Shown in pieces: positions 47,588-58,800 of a DNA stretch of 64,000 nt. The position numbers and the translations under genes were made by a program. The notes under the pieces are model-generated. The model searched no databases. It was not told the DNA's origin and was given only the letters and a program-made list of their open reading frames with translations. The stretch is from Candidatus Micrarchaeia archaeon (GTDB lineage Archaea; Micrarchaeota; Micrarchaeia; Micrarchaeales; CABMGC01), in contig JBMFHL010000001.1 in assembly GCA_049976845.1 (NCBI GenBank), positions 32,001 through 96,000 of the forward strand. Direction: 5' to 3'. Each line of letters opens with the position of its first letter. Position 1 is the stretch's first letter.

Positions 47588-47588
47588 T

Positions 47589-48734
47589 ATGATGAAACTT
47601 GTGCTAGCGCAGCCCTACCTGACATTGAAGGGTGGCGCAGAGAGGGTAATACTCAAGATAGCGCAGCATTACGATGCCAAAATATATACAACAGAGTATA
47701 ACAAGGAAACAACCTTCCCAGAATTTGCAGATGTTGACATAGAATTAATAAAAAAGAAGGTCCCACTTTCAGGCATGCTCCCATACAGGGCATCGCAAGG
47801 CCTTAGATACGGCTACACTTTTTATAATACAAAAATAAAAGACGACTACGACTTGATAAATTCACACATATCTCCAAGTGAGTGGATAAGGCACAAAAAT
47901 AGCAGCGTGTTATGGTACTGCCACACACCTCCTAGAGAGGTGTATGATCTCTATTCTGTAAGAATGAAAAATAGGAGCTACACCGAGAAGTTCATATATG
48001 CGACGCTAACCAATTCATACAAGTTCATAGCTAATAAGGTAGTAAAGGAGCTTGAGGGCATAGCAACAAATAGCAACAACACCGCATCGCGCATCAGAAA
48101 ATACTTCGGCAGAGAAGCAACTGTAATAAATCCTGCTGTAGACTACAAGAAATTCAAGGACGAAGGAGACAGCAAATACTTCCTATATCCCTCTAGGATA
48201 ATATCAAACAAAAGGCAGGATTACGCCATAGAAGCGTTCAAAAAATTCGAGAAGAAAGTAAAAGGCTACAAGCTCATAATTGCAGGTGTAGTTTCAAAGG
48301 ATAAGGAGCACATCGAATATTTCGAGAAAATAAAGCGCATTGCAGATGATAATGTAGAGTTCAAAATAGGCATAAGCGAGCAAGCAATGCTAAACCTATA
48401 TTCAAAGTCTACTGCAGTGTTGTTTGCAGGCATCAACGAAGATTTCGGTTATGTGCCCCTGGAAGCGATGGCAAGCTACAAGCCTATAATATCAATAAAC
48501 GAGGGCGGCCCTAAAGAAACAATAGTAGATGGAGAAACAGGCTATCTAGTAAATTCAACCGACGAAATGGCTTCTAAAATGCAGTTCATAGCAGAACATC
48601 CTTTAATTGCAGCTGAGATGGGAAAGAAAGGCAGGAAGCGCGTGGAGGAAAAGTACAATTGGGAAGTATTCTTCAAAAAATTTGATAAGCTTGCATTGAG
48701 CGTAATCAAAGAGAAAAGAGAAGAGAAAGAGTGA
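47589..48734 (+). CDS. GT4-family glycosyltransferase
   Basis: GGAERV, YCHTP, KRQD, EDFGYVPLEAMA, GGPKET...TGYL. Confidence 0.9.
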   Translation: MMKLVLAQPYLTLKGGAERVILKIAQHYDAKIYTTEYNKETTFPEFADVDIELIKKKVPLSGMLPYRASQGLRYGYTFYNTKIKDDYDLINSHISPSEWIRHKNSSVLWYCHTPPREVYDLYSVRMKNRSYTEKFIYATLTNSYKFIANKVVKELEGIATNSNNTASRIRKYFGREATVINPAVDYKKFKDEGDSKYFLYPSRIISNKRQDYAIEAFKKFEKKVKGYKLIIAGVVSKDKEHIEYFEKIKRIADDNVEFKIGISEQAMLNLYSKSTAVLFAGINEDFGYVPLEAMASYKPIISINEGGPKETIVDGETGYLVNSTDEMASKMQFIAEHPLIAAEMGKKGRKRVEEKYNWEVFFKKFDKLALSVIKEKREEKE

Positions 48735-48743
48735 AGGATCTAA

Positions 48744-49040
48744 TCAAGAAGTAATAACATATTTTGATATAACCTTAGTTGCATACCCTAAGACTCTCTT
48801 TATATCTGCTTCAGTGCTAGAACCTGTGCAGATTAGTTTGCCATTCTTGAACAGTATTATAACAGCCTTTGGCTCCTTTATCCTAAATATCGCTCCAGGG
48901 AACTGCTCAGGCTCATAATCTACCTCCTTCACGTTCTTAGACAAAGCATATAAATCTATAGTAGCGTGAAGATCCGAGCTAACCACAATATTTTGTATCT
49001 TTATTGCAGGTTTCATGTTTAATACGCGTTTCTGTTCCAT
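48744..49040 (-). CDS. Single-repeat (half) TATA-binding-protein domain protein
   Basis: IQNIVVSSDL...IDL...YEPEQFPGAIFRIKEPKAVIILFKNGKLICTG is one TBP repeat; 98 aa, then stop. Confidence 0.85.
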   Translation of the reverse strand: MEQKRVLNMKPAIKIQNIVVSSDLHATIDLYALSKNVKEVDYEPEQFPGAIFRIKEPKAVIILFKNGKLICTGSSTEADIKRVLGYATKVISKYVITS

Positions 49041-49321
49041 GGAATCAAATATTTTATTGCTGTAACAGTTTATTAATCTTTCTAAAGGTAGTGCTTTGTT
49101 GATTTAATCTGCTTTATCAGCGAACTTTGCCTTTTTCAACTAAGCTTAAAGGTGAGAGTATTCCTCATCCAAAAGCAAAATCAATCAGAATCCTTAATTT
49201 ATCTCTCAAAAATTAGAAAGATATAAAAACATTGCCTGCATAATAATATCAAGTATATGAATCTATACCCATCAAAAATTCAAAAGCAAATTTTTCTTTC
49301 TACTTATAAATTGGTGATATA

Positions 49322-50977
49322 ATGGCTGAAAATCAAATTGGCGCAGGACAACAGTATCTAATACTCCCAGAAGGAGCAACAAGACTTTTGGGAAGGGAAG
49401 CACAGAGGACTAACATAGCAGTAGGCTATGCAGTAGCTAGTGCAGTAAAAACAACATTGGGACCTAAAGGCATGGACAAAATGCTGGTAAGCGAGCTTGG
49501 AGACATAGTTATAACAAATGACGGAGCAACCATACTTGAAGAGATGAATGTAGAGCATCCTGTTGCAAAAATAATGGTAGACATAGCCAAAACGCAGGAC
49601 AAAGAAGTCGGCGATGGCACAACGACTGCAGTTATCATAGCAGGGGAGCTTCTGAAGGCTGCGGGAAATTTGATAGAGCAAGGCATACACCCAACTACGA
49701 TAATAAAAGGATATAAAATGGCAGCATACAAGGCTCAAGATATTTTGCGTGAAAAAAGCTTTGACATATCTATGGACAATGAAGACAAGCTTGAGAAAAT
49801 AGCAATGATAGCGATGGGCTCAAAGAACATAGGCAGCGACAGCACAAAGAAATATCTTGGCAAGCTCGCAATACAAGCAATAAAGCAAGTCTCTGTACAG
49901 AATGATGGCAAAATCTCAATAGACCACGACTTCATAAAACTAGAGAAGAAGGAAGGTGGCAGCATAGAAGACACCGAATTTATAAATGGCGTTCTTATAG
50001 ACAAGGAAATAGCGCATCCTGGCATGCCAAAGCAAGTGAAGAATGCAAAGATAGCATTGCTTGATGTGGCATTGGAGATAGAGAAGACAGAAACAGATGC
50101 AAGAATTGAGATAACAAGTCCAGAGCAGATGCAGTCGTTCCTTGCGCAAGAGGAAAAGATGCTAAAGGAGATGGTAGATAAGATAGCAAAGAGCAAGGCC
50201 AACGTGATCTTCATACAGAAGGGCATAGATGACGTTGCACAGCATTACCTTGCAAAAGCAGGAATACTTGCCGTGAGAAGGGTTAAGAAGAGTGACATGG
50301 AGAAGCTCTCAAAGGCAACGGGGGCAAACCTTGTGACAAGCCTTGACGATCTCAACCCAGAAGATTTGGGCTATGCAGGAATAGTAGAAGAGCGCAAGAT
50401 TGGCGGAGAGCAAATGGTCTTCGTAGAAAAGTGCAAGGATCCAAAGAGCGTCACAATATTCATAAGAGGCAGCACCCAACAAGTAGTTAATGAAGTAGAA
50501 AGGTCTTTGAACGATGTAATAGGTGCATTGTCAAGTGCTGTGGAAGAAGGCAAGTATGTGATAGGTGGCGGCAGCATTGAAGTTGATATAGCAAATGGCC
50601 TCAGATCTTACTCTAGTGATGTAGGTGGCAGAGAACAGCTAGCAATACAGGCGTTTGCGGATGCAATAGAAATAGTGCCGAAAACTCTTGCCGAAAGCGC
50701 GGGCATGGATGCAATAGACACCTTGGTACAGCTCAGGAGCAAGCACAAGGGCTCAGAAGGCCGTGTATACGGCGTAGACGTATTCAAAAATGCTATAAAT
50801 GACATGGAGAAGCAGGGTGTCATAGAGCCGCTAAAGGTAAAGGAGCAAGCAATAGCAAGTGCAAGCGAAGCATCAGAAATAATATTGCGCATAGACGACA
50901 TGATAAGTTCTAGGAGCAAAGCCCCTTCGGGCCCAGCTCCAGGAGGCGAAGGCGGCATGGGTGGCATGGAAGACTAA
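49322..50977 (+). CDS. Thermosome (group II chaperonin) subunit
   Basis: [40 protein letters not shown] tail. Confidence 0.96.
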   Translation: MAENQIGAGQQYLILPEGATRLLGREAQRTNIAVGYAVASAVKTTLGPKGMDKMLVSELGDIVITNDGATILEEMNVEHPVAKIMVDIAKTQDKEVGDGTTTAVIIAGELLKAAGNLIEQGIHPTTIIKGYKMAAYKAQDILREKSFDISMDNEDKLEKIAMIAMGSKNIGSDSTKKYLGKLAIQAIKQVSVQNDGKISIDHDFIKLEKKEGGSIEDTEFINGVLIDKEIAHPGMPKQVKNAKIALLDVALEIEKTETDARIEITSPEQMQSFLAQEEKMLKEMVDKIAKSKANVIFIQKGIDDVAQHYLAKAGILAVRRVKKSDMEKLSKATGANLVTSLDDLNPEDLGYAGIVEERKIGGEQMVFVEKCKDPKSVTIFIRGSTQQVVNEVERSLNDVIGALSSAVEEGKYVIGGGSIEVDIANGLRSYSSDVGGREQLAIQAFADAIEIVPKTLAESAGMDAIDTLVQLRSKHKGSEGRVYGVDVFKNAINDMEKQGVIEPLKVKEQAIASASEASEIILRIDDMISSRSKAPSGPAPGGEGGMGGMED

Positions 50978-51036
50978 TCTTCCATCTTTTTTCTTATTCT
51001 TTTTTATTACTTTATTTCATATTCTTTCTTGATTCA

Positions 51037-51600
51037 ATGGCAATTACATTGGTTGTAGTAGGTACTCCTGGTGCAGGGAAAACAACTGTACTTTCGAAGC
51101 TAAAGTTGGCAAAGGACATAGAAGTTATTGGCATGGGCACAGAAATGCTCAAGTTTGCAAAAGGCATATTAAACAGAGACAAGCTCCGCTACTTGAGCAT
51201 AGAAGAGCAGAAAAACCTCAGAAAAAAAGTGATAAATAGCATTTCAAGGAAAAGGGGGATAGTAATATTAGATACCCACTTGTCAATTAAGAATGGAAAT
51301 CAATACTTGCCCGGTTTTTCAATATCCGAACTTAAAACGCTAAATGTGAAAGGCATACTTTATATAGATGCAAGCCCTTCCGAAATACTCAAAAGAAGGG
51401 CCAATGACAAAACAAGGGAAAGGGAACAAGATTCCCAAGAAGAGATAATTGAGCAGAAAGATGTAAACTTGGGCATAATATCAGCAAGTGCAATCGCGCT
51501 TAACATACCATTTTATATATTTCAAAACAGTAAAGGTAAATCAAGCGAGGTAGCTGATGAAATAGCTAAAGTAATAGCAAATACGCAAGATAGTGATTAA
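51037..51600 (+). CDS. adkA: Archaeal adenylate kinase
   Basis: GTPGAGKTT, GTEM, RDKLR, LDTH, YLPG, RRAND.TR.R. Confidence 0.88.
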   Translation: MAITLVVVGTPGAGKTTVLSKLKLAKDIEVIGMGTEMLKFAKGILNRDKLRYLSIEEQKNLRKKVINSISRKRGIVILDTHLSIKNGNQYLPGFSISELKTLNVKGILYIDASPSEILKRRANDKTREREQDSQEEIIEQKDVNLGIISASAIALNIPFYIFQNSKGKSSEVADEIAKVIANTQDSD

Positions 51601-52093
51601 AATGATCCTAGTAGCATTGTGGGTAGGAATAATAGCAGTTGCATATACCCTGCTTTCTTTTGTGCTCCAGCGCAAGCTTGCAAATATGAAAAAAGTATAT
51701 GAGATGCAGGAAATAATAAAGGCAAAAACAAAGGAGCTTACTGAACTAACAAAAAAAGGCGTGCCCCCTGCAGAGCTTGCAAAAAAGCAGAAAGAAGTAA
51801 TGTCACTGGCATCCGAAAGCATGATACATCAAATGAAACCAATGATAATAATACTGCCATTATTCTTCATAGTTTTTTATCTCTTATTGCCATCATTGTT
51901 CCCTTCAAAGCCCATTATTGATGTTGGCACGTATAAGCTTGCTTATACAACCTTTTTCATAATAATCGTATTTGTTTTGGGTATGATTCTTTCAATCAGT
52001 GTGCTGATAAGGGATAAAGCAAGAGCCAGGAAAGAAAAAATGACATTGCAGCAGCAAAGTGGCATTCAATCGCAAAGCAATGAGAATAAATAG
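51593..52093 (+). CDS. DUF106 / EMC3-TMCO1 (Oxa1 superfamily) membrane protein
   Basis: TM - coiled coil - QMKPM - TMs; canonical position between adk and rpl34e. Confidence 0.8.
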   Translation: MIKMILVALWVGIIAVAYTLLSFVLQRKLANMKKVYEMQEIIKAKTKELTELTKKGVPPAELAKKQKEVMSLASESMIHQMKPMIIILPLFFIVFYLLLPSLFPSKPIIDVGTYKLAYTTFFIIIVFVLGMILSISVLIRDKARARKEKMTLQQQSGIQSQSNENK

Positions 52094-52140
52094 TATTTTA
52101 TATATATCCTTATTAAGAAATGGTTAAGCAGGTGCTTAAA

Positions 52141-52467
52141 TTGCCAAGACCAATGTATAGATCAAGAAACATGAGAAGATTAGCTAGAGTAACCCCCAGC
52201 AAAAAGAATGTGGTGCATTACAAGAAGAAGCAAAGCCAGTTGCCACACTGTGGCATATGCGGAAAAGAGCTTCATGGAATTTCGATAAAGAAAGGCTCCA
52301 AAGGCAAAACCCTTAGATCAAATTCAAGGATGTTCGGAGGTGTTTTGTGCGCAAACTGCACTGCAGACATAGTAAAGCTTGCAAGCAGGATAGAGCATGG
52401 GGAGTTGAGGCTTAATGACATAGGCATAAAGCAGAAAGAATTTGTCCTCCAGCTTATCTCGCATTAG
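52141..52467 (+). CDS. rpl34e: 50S ribosomal protein L34e
   Basis: PRPMYRS, TP, CGICGKEL.G, R.FGGVLC..C; probable TTG start after GGTG. Confidence 0.9.
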   Translation: MPRPMYRSRNMRRLARVTPSKKNVVHYKKKQSQLPHCGICGKELHGISIKKGSKGKTLRSNSRMFGGVLCANCTADIVKLASRIEHGELRLNDIGIKQKEFVLQLISH

Positions 52468-52475
52468 TTTTGCTT

Positions 52476-53033
52476 ATGCAAACAATAATAATTTCTGGGC
52501 TTCCAGCTGTAGGCAAAACTGTAGTTGCTGCCGAAGTCGCAAAGTCACTTAAAGTAAAAATGCTTAATGCTGGCGATCTTCTAGAAAAAGCATCCCCAGA
52601 TGCATTGCATCATGGCACAGAATGGTGGGATACAAAAGCAGGCATAAAATTTCTTAAGTATAGGAGTGCAAATCAGGAATTTGACAGAACGCTCGACAGG
52701 AAGCTAGTAAATATAATAAAGAAGGGTAATTTGGTAGTAACAAGCTACACAGCGCCATGGCTCTCCTCCCAGGGCTACAAAGTCTGGCTGTCTGCAAGCT
52801 TGCAAACACGCGCAAGACGCATGTCTAAAAGGGATAAAATAAGCATTTCAGAAAGCGAAAAGGTAATAAGGGAAAGGGACAAATATAATTACAAACTCTA
52901 TATGAAGTTGTACGGAATAGAGTTCGGTAAAGACAAGAGCCCTTTTAATCTTGTGATCAATACCAGCAGACTTTCAGTAAAGAAAGTTGCGGCAATAATA
53001 CTAAAGCACTTCAGCGCTAATCAACGCCAATGA
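52476..53033 (+). CDS. cmk: Cytidylate kinase (archaeal type)
   Basis: ISGLPAVGKT, DR.LD, VWL.AS...RARR...RD, LYGI, LVINT. Confidence 0.85.
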   Translation: MQTIIISGLPAVGKTVVAAEVAKSLKVKMLNAGDLLEKASPDALHHGTEWWDTKAGIKFLKYRSANQEFDRTLDRKLVNIIKKGNLVVTSYTAPWLSSQGYKVWLSASLQTRARRMSKRDKISISESEKVIRERDKYNYKLYMKLYGIEFGKDKSPFNLVINTSRLSVKKVAAIILKHFSANQRQ

Positions 53034-53103
53034 TTGATTAATGTTTAATAATCTTGCAGATAAATTACTATAACCAAGCAATACATCGACAAAAGGTGTT
53101 ATA

Positions 53104-53388
53104 ATGGCTTTAATAGAAATAGGAAGAGTATGCATAAAGAAATATGGAAGGGACGCAGGCAGCAGGGCAGTCGTCACAAAGGTGATAGACAAGAATTTTG
53201 TAAACATAATCACAGCCCAAAGGCAAAAGGAACGCAGATGCAATATTAGGCACTTAGAATTCATAAGTGAAAAGGCTGATATAAGCAACAACGAGCAAAT
53301 CGCAAAGGCGCTTGAGATACCTTCTTTAAAAACAGCCAAGAAGCAAGAAGAAAAGGACGAAAAGAAGACCAAAGAGAAGAAAAAATAA
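53104..53388 (+). CDS. rpl14e: 50S ribosomal protein L14e
   Basis: IEIGRVCIK..GRDAG...ID.NFV...RRCNIRHLE. Confidence 0.93.
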   Translation: MALIEIGRVCIKKYGRDAGSRAVVTKVIDKNFVNIITAQRQKERRCNIRHLEFISEKADISNNEQIAKALEIPSLKTAKKQEEKDEKKTKEKKK

Positions 53389-53424
53389 TAAAATCTAGTA
53401 TACGAAAAACTAGCGAGGTGTAAT

Positions 53425-53907
53425 CTACCTTTTAATACCTTTATATCTTTCTATGTCTACTTCTAGATCCAAAGGTCCGAAAGCAAGCGGCAGCAACTCA
53501 CTTATCTTCTTTATAATTATTACGTCTCTTTTGGTGTTCGACATTATAACTTCAATATCAAAATCAGATAGCTGCGAGGCTTCAAATATTGATTGTCTGC
53601 ATGCACCACAAGGGGCTGTAGGCTTATCTACATCGAAATTTTCACCTTTAGCTATGATTGCTATAGCTTTGAATCTTCTGTAACCCTCTGCATTTGCCTT
53701 AAGGAGTGCGGCCCTTTCAGCGCATATCGTATTGCCATAAGACGCATTCTCATAATTAGCACCGGTTATTATTTTACCATCTGCAGTAAGCAAGGCCGCG
53801 CCGACATAGAAATGCGAATACGGATTATATGCCTTCTCCATAGCCTCTTCAGCTGCATCCAAAAGCTTCACCTGATAGTCTTCAGGCTTTGTCTTAACAT
53901 TTTTCAT
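53425..53907 (-). CDS. cdd: Cytidine deaminase
   Basis: AYNPYSHF.VGAA, N.ENASYG..ICAERAA, PCGACRQ, ELLPLAF. Confidence 0.93.
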   Translation of the reverse strand: MKNVKTKPEDYQVKLLDAAEEAMEKAYNPYSHFYVGAALLTADGKIITGANYENASYGNTICAERAALLKANAEGYRRFKAIAIIAKGENFDVDKPTAPCGACRQSIFEASQLSDFDIEVIMSNTKRDVIIIKKISELLPLAFGPLDLEVDIERYKGIKR

Positions 53908-54079
53908 AATATCCCCATATTCTCTAATTTTTCTATTTTAATATCTGAGAGAATTCCCCCAATATCGTTGGGGATCTGATTTCGCAACAAGTATACTTTT
54001 TCTTATCGTAATCCCTCTGACGACGAGTGATCGCGGCTTTACGCGACCGGATTTTCATCGCCGAAGTGAAGATATAAAT

Positions 54080-54302
54080 AGTATAACTCGGGCAAAAAAT
54101 AAGAATGTATCGGACTTCCAATACAATTTCGAGCATGTTGTGCTTGTATCGAAGTACCTATTCAAAGTCTTCAAGAATCCAACGACGCAGAAAGTAGTCA
54201 CAGATGCATTCAAAAATGCCGATGCAATACGGAATACAAATACGAGAACTATCTTTTGGCGATGATTTTGCTCATATACACATGGTCGTGAAAGGTTTAT
54301 AA
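54080..54302 (+). mobile_element. IS200/IS605-family tnpA (Y1 HUH transposase) remnant
   Basis: QYNFEHVVLVSKYLFKVFKNP..., frameshift near 54221, then QYGIQIRELSFGDDFAHIHMVV (HUH motif); truncated before the catalytic Tyr; hairpins on both sides. Confidence 0.7.
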
Positions 54303-54582
54303 GGGCGAAGCCCTTATGCCATACGTTTTTTGGTCTACACCTTTGCAACAACTCCAATATTCTCAACAACATAGGTAGCAGATCAACTATTTATCTTGTA
54401 ATAAAACTAACCATAGAAATTAGTGTGATCCGTTCCTTCTTTCAGCAACCTCTTCTCCTGCCACTTTTTCCATTCAGAACAAATGGCATTATACTATTGT
54501 TCGCTTGGTATCGCCTTTTGCTGTGGTGTCTATACCCAATAAAATAGAAAGTATTTAATAATTCAACTTTCTATAAGCATTT

Positions 54583-55899
54583 ATGGATACTAAAATAACC
54601 TCTAAAATTAAAAGCATAATAGAGAGGGACAAGAAGGTAATAATGACCTCCACGAGAGAGAGCTATCCCTTTGTATCTGACCATGGCGATGGGGATTATA
54701 TCTATGATATTGCAGGGAACAGATTCATTGATTTTTCGAGCTTCATATCCGTTTATAATCTAGGCGTAAATGCAAATAGGATGGTTAGGGATGCAGTCAA
54801 AAAGCAAGCAGACAAGCTTATGCACTCAGCATTTACAGATTATTACTCAGAATTGCCTGTTGCCTTTGCAGAAAATCTAGTATCCATGTTTCCCAAAGGC
54901 TTTGGTAAGGTATTCTTCTCGAATTCGGGCACAGAGGCAAACGAAGCGGCAATAAAATTTTCTAGGATATTTACAAAAAGGCAGTATACAATATCATTTT
55001 ACAACTCTTTCCATGGCAGGACCTTGGGTTCGCTCTCGCTAACAGCTTCAAAAAGCATACAGAGGCAAGGATTTGGCCCTTTCCCTAGCACCATACATGT
55101 ACCTTTTGCATATTGCTATAGGTGCCCTTTCAAGCAGGAATATCCGTCTTGCGGGTTGGCTTGCTTGGACTATATAAAAGAATATCCGCTAGCCAAAGAA
55201 GTAAGCCCTGGCGAAGTGGCAGCAATATTCATAGAACCTGTGCAGGGAGAAGGCGGGTACATAGTACCTCCAAAAGACTTTATCAGAGGGGTCAGAAAGC
55301 TTGCAACTGAAAATGGCATCCTTCTAGTAGACGACGAGGTGCAAGCAGGCTATATGAGAACCGGGAAATTCCTTGCCTTGGATAATTTCAGCGTAAATGC
55401 AGATATCTACACAATGGCAAAATCGTTAGGCGGGGGATTGCCTATAGGTGCAACCATAACAAGAAACTCCCTGGGCACTGTGCCCCCGGGATCGCATGCC
55501 AATACTTTTGGTGGCAACCTCATTTCTGTTGCAGCCGCGCAGGCATCGCTAAAGTATGTAAAAGAAAATCTTCGCATCATTGAACAAGGTGTTAAAAAGA
55601 AAGGAGCATATATAATGAAGAGGCTCAACGAGATGAAATCACAATATGAGGTAATTGGAGACGTAAGGGGCATTGGCCTCATGATTGGCGTTGAGATAGT
55701 AAAGGATAAGAAATCGAAAGCGTATGGCATAGAAGAGCGCGAAGCTATAATAAACGAATGCTTCAAAAAAGGCTTGCTGCTGCTTCCAGCAGGCAAATCA
55801 ACAATAAGGCTGATACCGCCATTAACAATGAGCGATAAGAACATAGAGAGAGGTATGGACCTATTTGAGCATTCTGTGAAGAAAATTTCATCTAAATAA
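54583..55899 (+). CDS. Class III PLP aminotransferase (ornithine/lysine/GABA type)
   Basis: NSGTEANEAAIK, SFHGRT.G, EPVQGEGGY, DEVQAG..RTG, AKSLGGG, H.NTFGGN. Confidence 0.88.
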   Translation: MDTKITSKIKSIIERDKKVIMTSTRESYPFVSDHGDGDYIYDIAGNRFIDFSSFISVYNLGVNANRMVRDAVKKQADKLMHSAFTDYYSELPVAFAENLVSMFPKGFGKVFFSNSGTEANEAAIKFSRIFTKRQYTISFYNSFHGRTLGSLSLTASKSIQRQGFGPFPSTIHVPFAYCYRCPFKQEYPSCGLACLDYIKEYPLAKEVSPGEVAAIFIEPVQGEGGYIVPPKDFIRGVRKLATENGILLVDDEVQAGYMRTGKFLALDNFSVNADIYTMAKSLGGGLPIGATITRNSLGTVPPGSHANTFGGNLISVAAAQASLKYVKENLRIIEQGVKKKGAYIMKRLNEMKSQYEVIGDVRGIGLMIGVEIVKDKKSKAYGIEEREAIINECFKKGLLLLPAGKSTIRLIPPLTMSDKNIERGMDLFEHSVKKISSK

Positions 55900-58800
55900 A
55901 TTTGCTCAGGTTGAACTGCTTTGTCTCTGCCTCTGGCGCCTCTCCAAAAAGGCTGTTTATCTCTTCTTTAACCAGATCAAGCCTCTGCGTTATATATGGC
56001 TCCAGCTCATATTTTTTGCCCAATGAGATTGCTAGTTCAAGATACTTTTCTATACCGCCTTTTGATATTGTCAGTAAGAGCTTGCCTCCATCCTTCGGGC
56101 ACTTGCCAGCAAGCGGCACCCTCCTATATTTTGCATTGCACACGCTGCATCTGAAAGCTTGCCTTGAAAATGAATGCAAATTGCCTATGAGGTCAGGTAT
56201 GAAATGACTTATTATAAGCCTTTTTGCAGCATCCCTCTTGTCAACGGAGTCAAGCATATCCATGAGCCTAAATTCCGCATCTACTTTCTCATGCATCGTC
56301 TTTAAAGTGGTATAAGTGCTTTTCTTCGGTGCATCTGCGATTGCATGTTCTGAAGTGCCATGTGTGAAATTTAAATTGTAGAACCTGCTTCCATCGCTTA
56401 GCCTGTCTTTTACGAGTTCTACTTCGGCATCTCCAGGAGGAGAATAATTCATTGTCCTATTGTAAAAATCGATAGAGAACGAAGGTGCAACCTCCATAGA
56501 ATGCACCTCGTCGTCAACCTCTTCTGGAAGGACATGTAATGTAAGTATTAAAGGCGCATCCATAGTGCCTCCTATTGTAGTAGGAAGATATTCTTTTGAG
56601 AAATTCACAAGACCATCAAGTAGTAGCATTGAAGTGTCTTCATCGCCATCGCAGTTCCTCCTTCTTGCAGATATCATATATGGATGTGCAAAGCCAACGT
56701 TAGCATCACTGAAACCTATTATCCTTCCAAGCACTCCGCACGAGGTATGAGGGGATAGTGTTATGACAAGCTGGCCTATCAAATCAGAAATGCTTGTTGC
56801 ATTGTAAAATCTTTCAAGCCCATAGAAGCGTTCAAGCAGGTCATCTATGAAGTTCGCGACACGCAGCAGGTATTCCCCACCCCTCCTGTTTATTATAACA
56901 TCCTGGTGCCTCATCTCAACTAACTGGCTTCCTTCAACAAGCTCCTTCCCATATATATCCTTATCATAGCCCAGCTCCCTGAGTTTTTCAACGCTAGTAC
57001 CTATCTCGCTCGGATAAAAATGCGTTATAGGGGAGTCTGTCGCATCGAATCTCGATGTGCCATCTTTAAATATATAAACATTGTGAAGGCTCCTGAGTAT
57101 GCCTTTCTCAAGAGGCTCAGCTATCCTGTCCCTGCTGAAAAGCCCTTTAACCCCTTTTAGAACATCAGGCAGCTTGCTTATGCGTAGGTTCTTCATCGAA
57201 TTTGAAACAAGGTTCCTCAGGTCCACATTCCTCTCGCTGTGGCCAATCGTTTCGGATCCGCAAACCTCACACTTATAGCTCTCTGTATGTACTCCACATT
57301 TTGGGCATATTCTTTCTATAGATGCCTTGGCACCGCAGTCATAACAGTAAGATAAGTCGAGCGTCCTTTTGCACTTGTCGCACTTGTAGTTTGCGATGTC
57401 AACGTAAATGCCCTTGTTGCTGAATTTTTTCTCATCCATCATGTACGCTTTTGTTATATTCCTCTCTTTGCCCCCATATTCGCCTATTGGGAAAAGTACA
57501 TGCGGTGCAGGTTTCATTAACCTCTCCTTTGCCTTTTCCGGCCTGCCTATCCTGGCCCCTATATAGCTAGACCTTCTGGGTATCTTGAAAGGCGCCACTC
57601 CATTCACAAGCTCAAGAACCTTGCTGTAGTTTGCATATCTGTCAGTAGAAATCTCGCTTACCTCAAGTTTTCCTTCTTCTCCGCTTGCAAATCCCAGCGA
57701 AGCAAGAAGGGATTTTGCAAAATCTCCATAAATAGCAATTTTATCATCTTGCATCTTGTGTGGCACTTGCAAAAGCTCAAGGTAGCGTTTTATGCCGTTT
57801 TGATACTCCAATATTATACTCTCAACTTCAAACAGCGAGCTGCCCGAAGCGAAGTTTATTTTTGAATTTCTTATTATTGCCCGAGCAACTTCTTCAAGTG
57901 CCTTAACATCAACTGCCTGAAACTCAAACAAGTACTTAGGATAAATCGCTACGCCATATTTTAAAGAAATTCTATAAGCATCGTCAAAGCTAATCCCGTT
58001 TCCTATAACATTTTCATACCCTTTGCTTCTCAGTTCTTGAAGCCATAGTTCCTCAACATAACTGCTTGGTTGTAGAAGCGTGTTCGATTTCTTGAAGTCA
58101 CCGTAAGTTATAAGTATGTCACCAAGCGAAATTATCTCTTCAACTTCATTCTTCAGCAATTTAGCCGTATTGGCGTCATTTATGCGCAAAGCCTCTCCAG
58201 ATTTAAGCTTTACGAAAGGCCCTTCTATAGAATCCACAGGGGCAGCGATACATCCCTTACCAGGCAGTTCCACCTTCAACTGAGTCCCTGTTGCAACGAA
58301 ACTATCCAGCAATATCATTGTAGCGGGGCTGAATCCCTTTGCCGCGATGCCTGTCAATCTGCTCCTGCCATACCTTAGTCGCAAACCTCCAATAAAGCCA
58401 GGATACGCTATTACCGGTCTGCCCGCAACAAGCTCTTCTAAAAAGACAGCCACCTTTTCTTCCCCTGCCTCGCTTTTTTCTATTTTTGTTACTTTTATGA
58501 CGCTGTTGAGCCAGTCCCAGTCAAGCCCTGCGGATTTTACCTCTTTCACAAGCTTCTTCGCCTTCTGCGCCACACCTTCGCAAAGGACTAGGGCAACGCC
58601 TCCCCTGACCCTGTTTGTGACAATAACTTCTTTTCCAGTAAATTCTCTTCTTTTTATGTCCCTGTGCACATTTAGTTCTATATCCTCTGTGGATACGCCA
58701 TCCACACAGACGGGGCAGTTGCTTACAATCGACCTAAGGTCATCATCGCTAGGTCTATACTGGAGGTGCGCCTTCATGTGATAAAGTTCTACCTCTTCAA

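Noticed and set aside
53933..54372. Minus-strand ORFs 53933-54136 and 54055-54372 as real genes
   Set aside because: They are antisense to the tnpA remnant and have no recognisable features.
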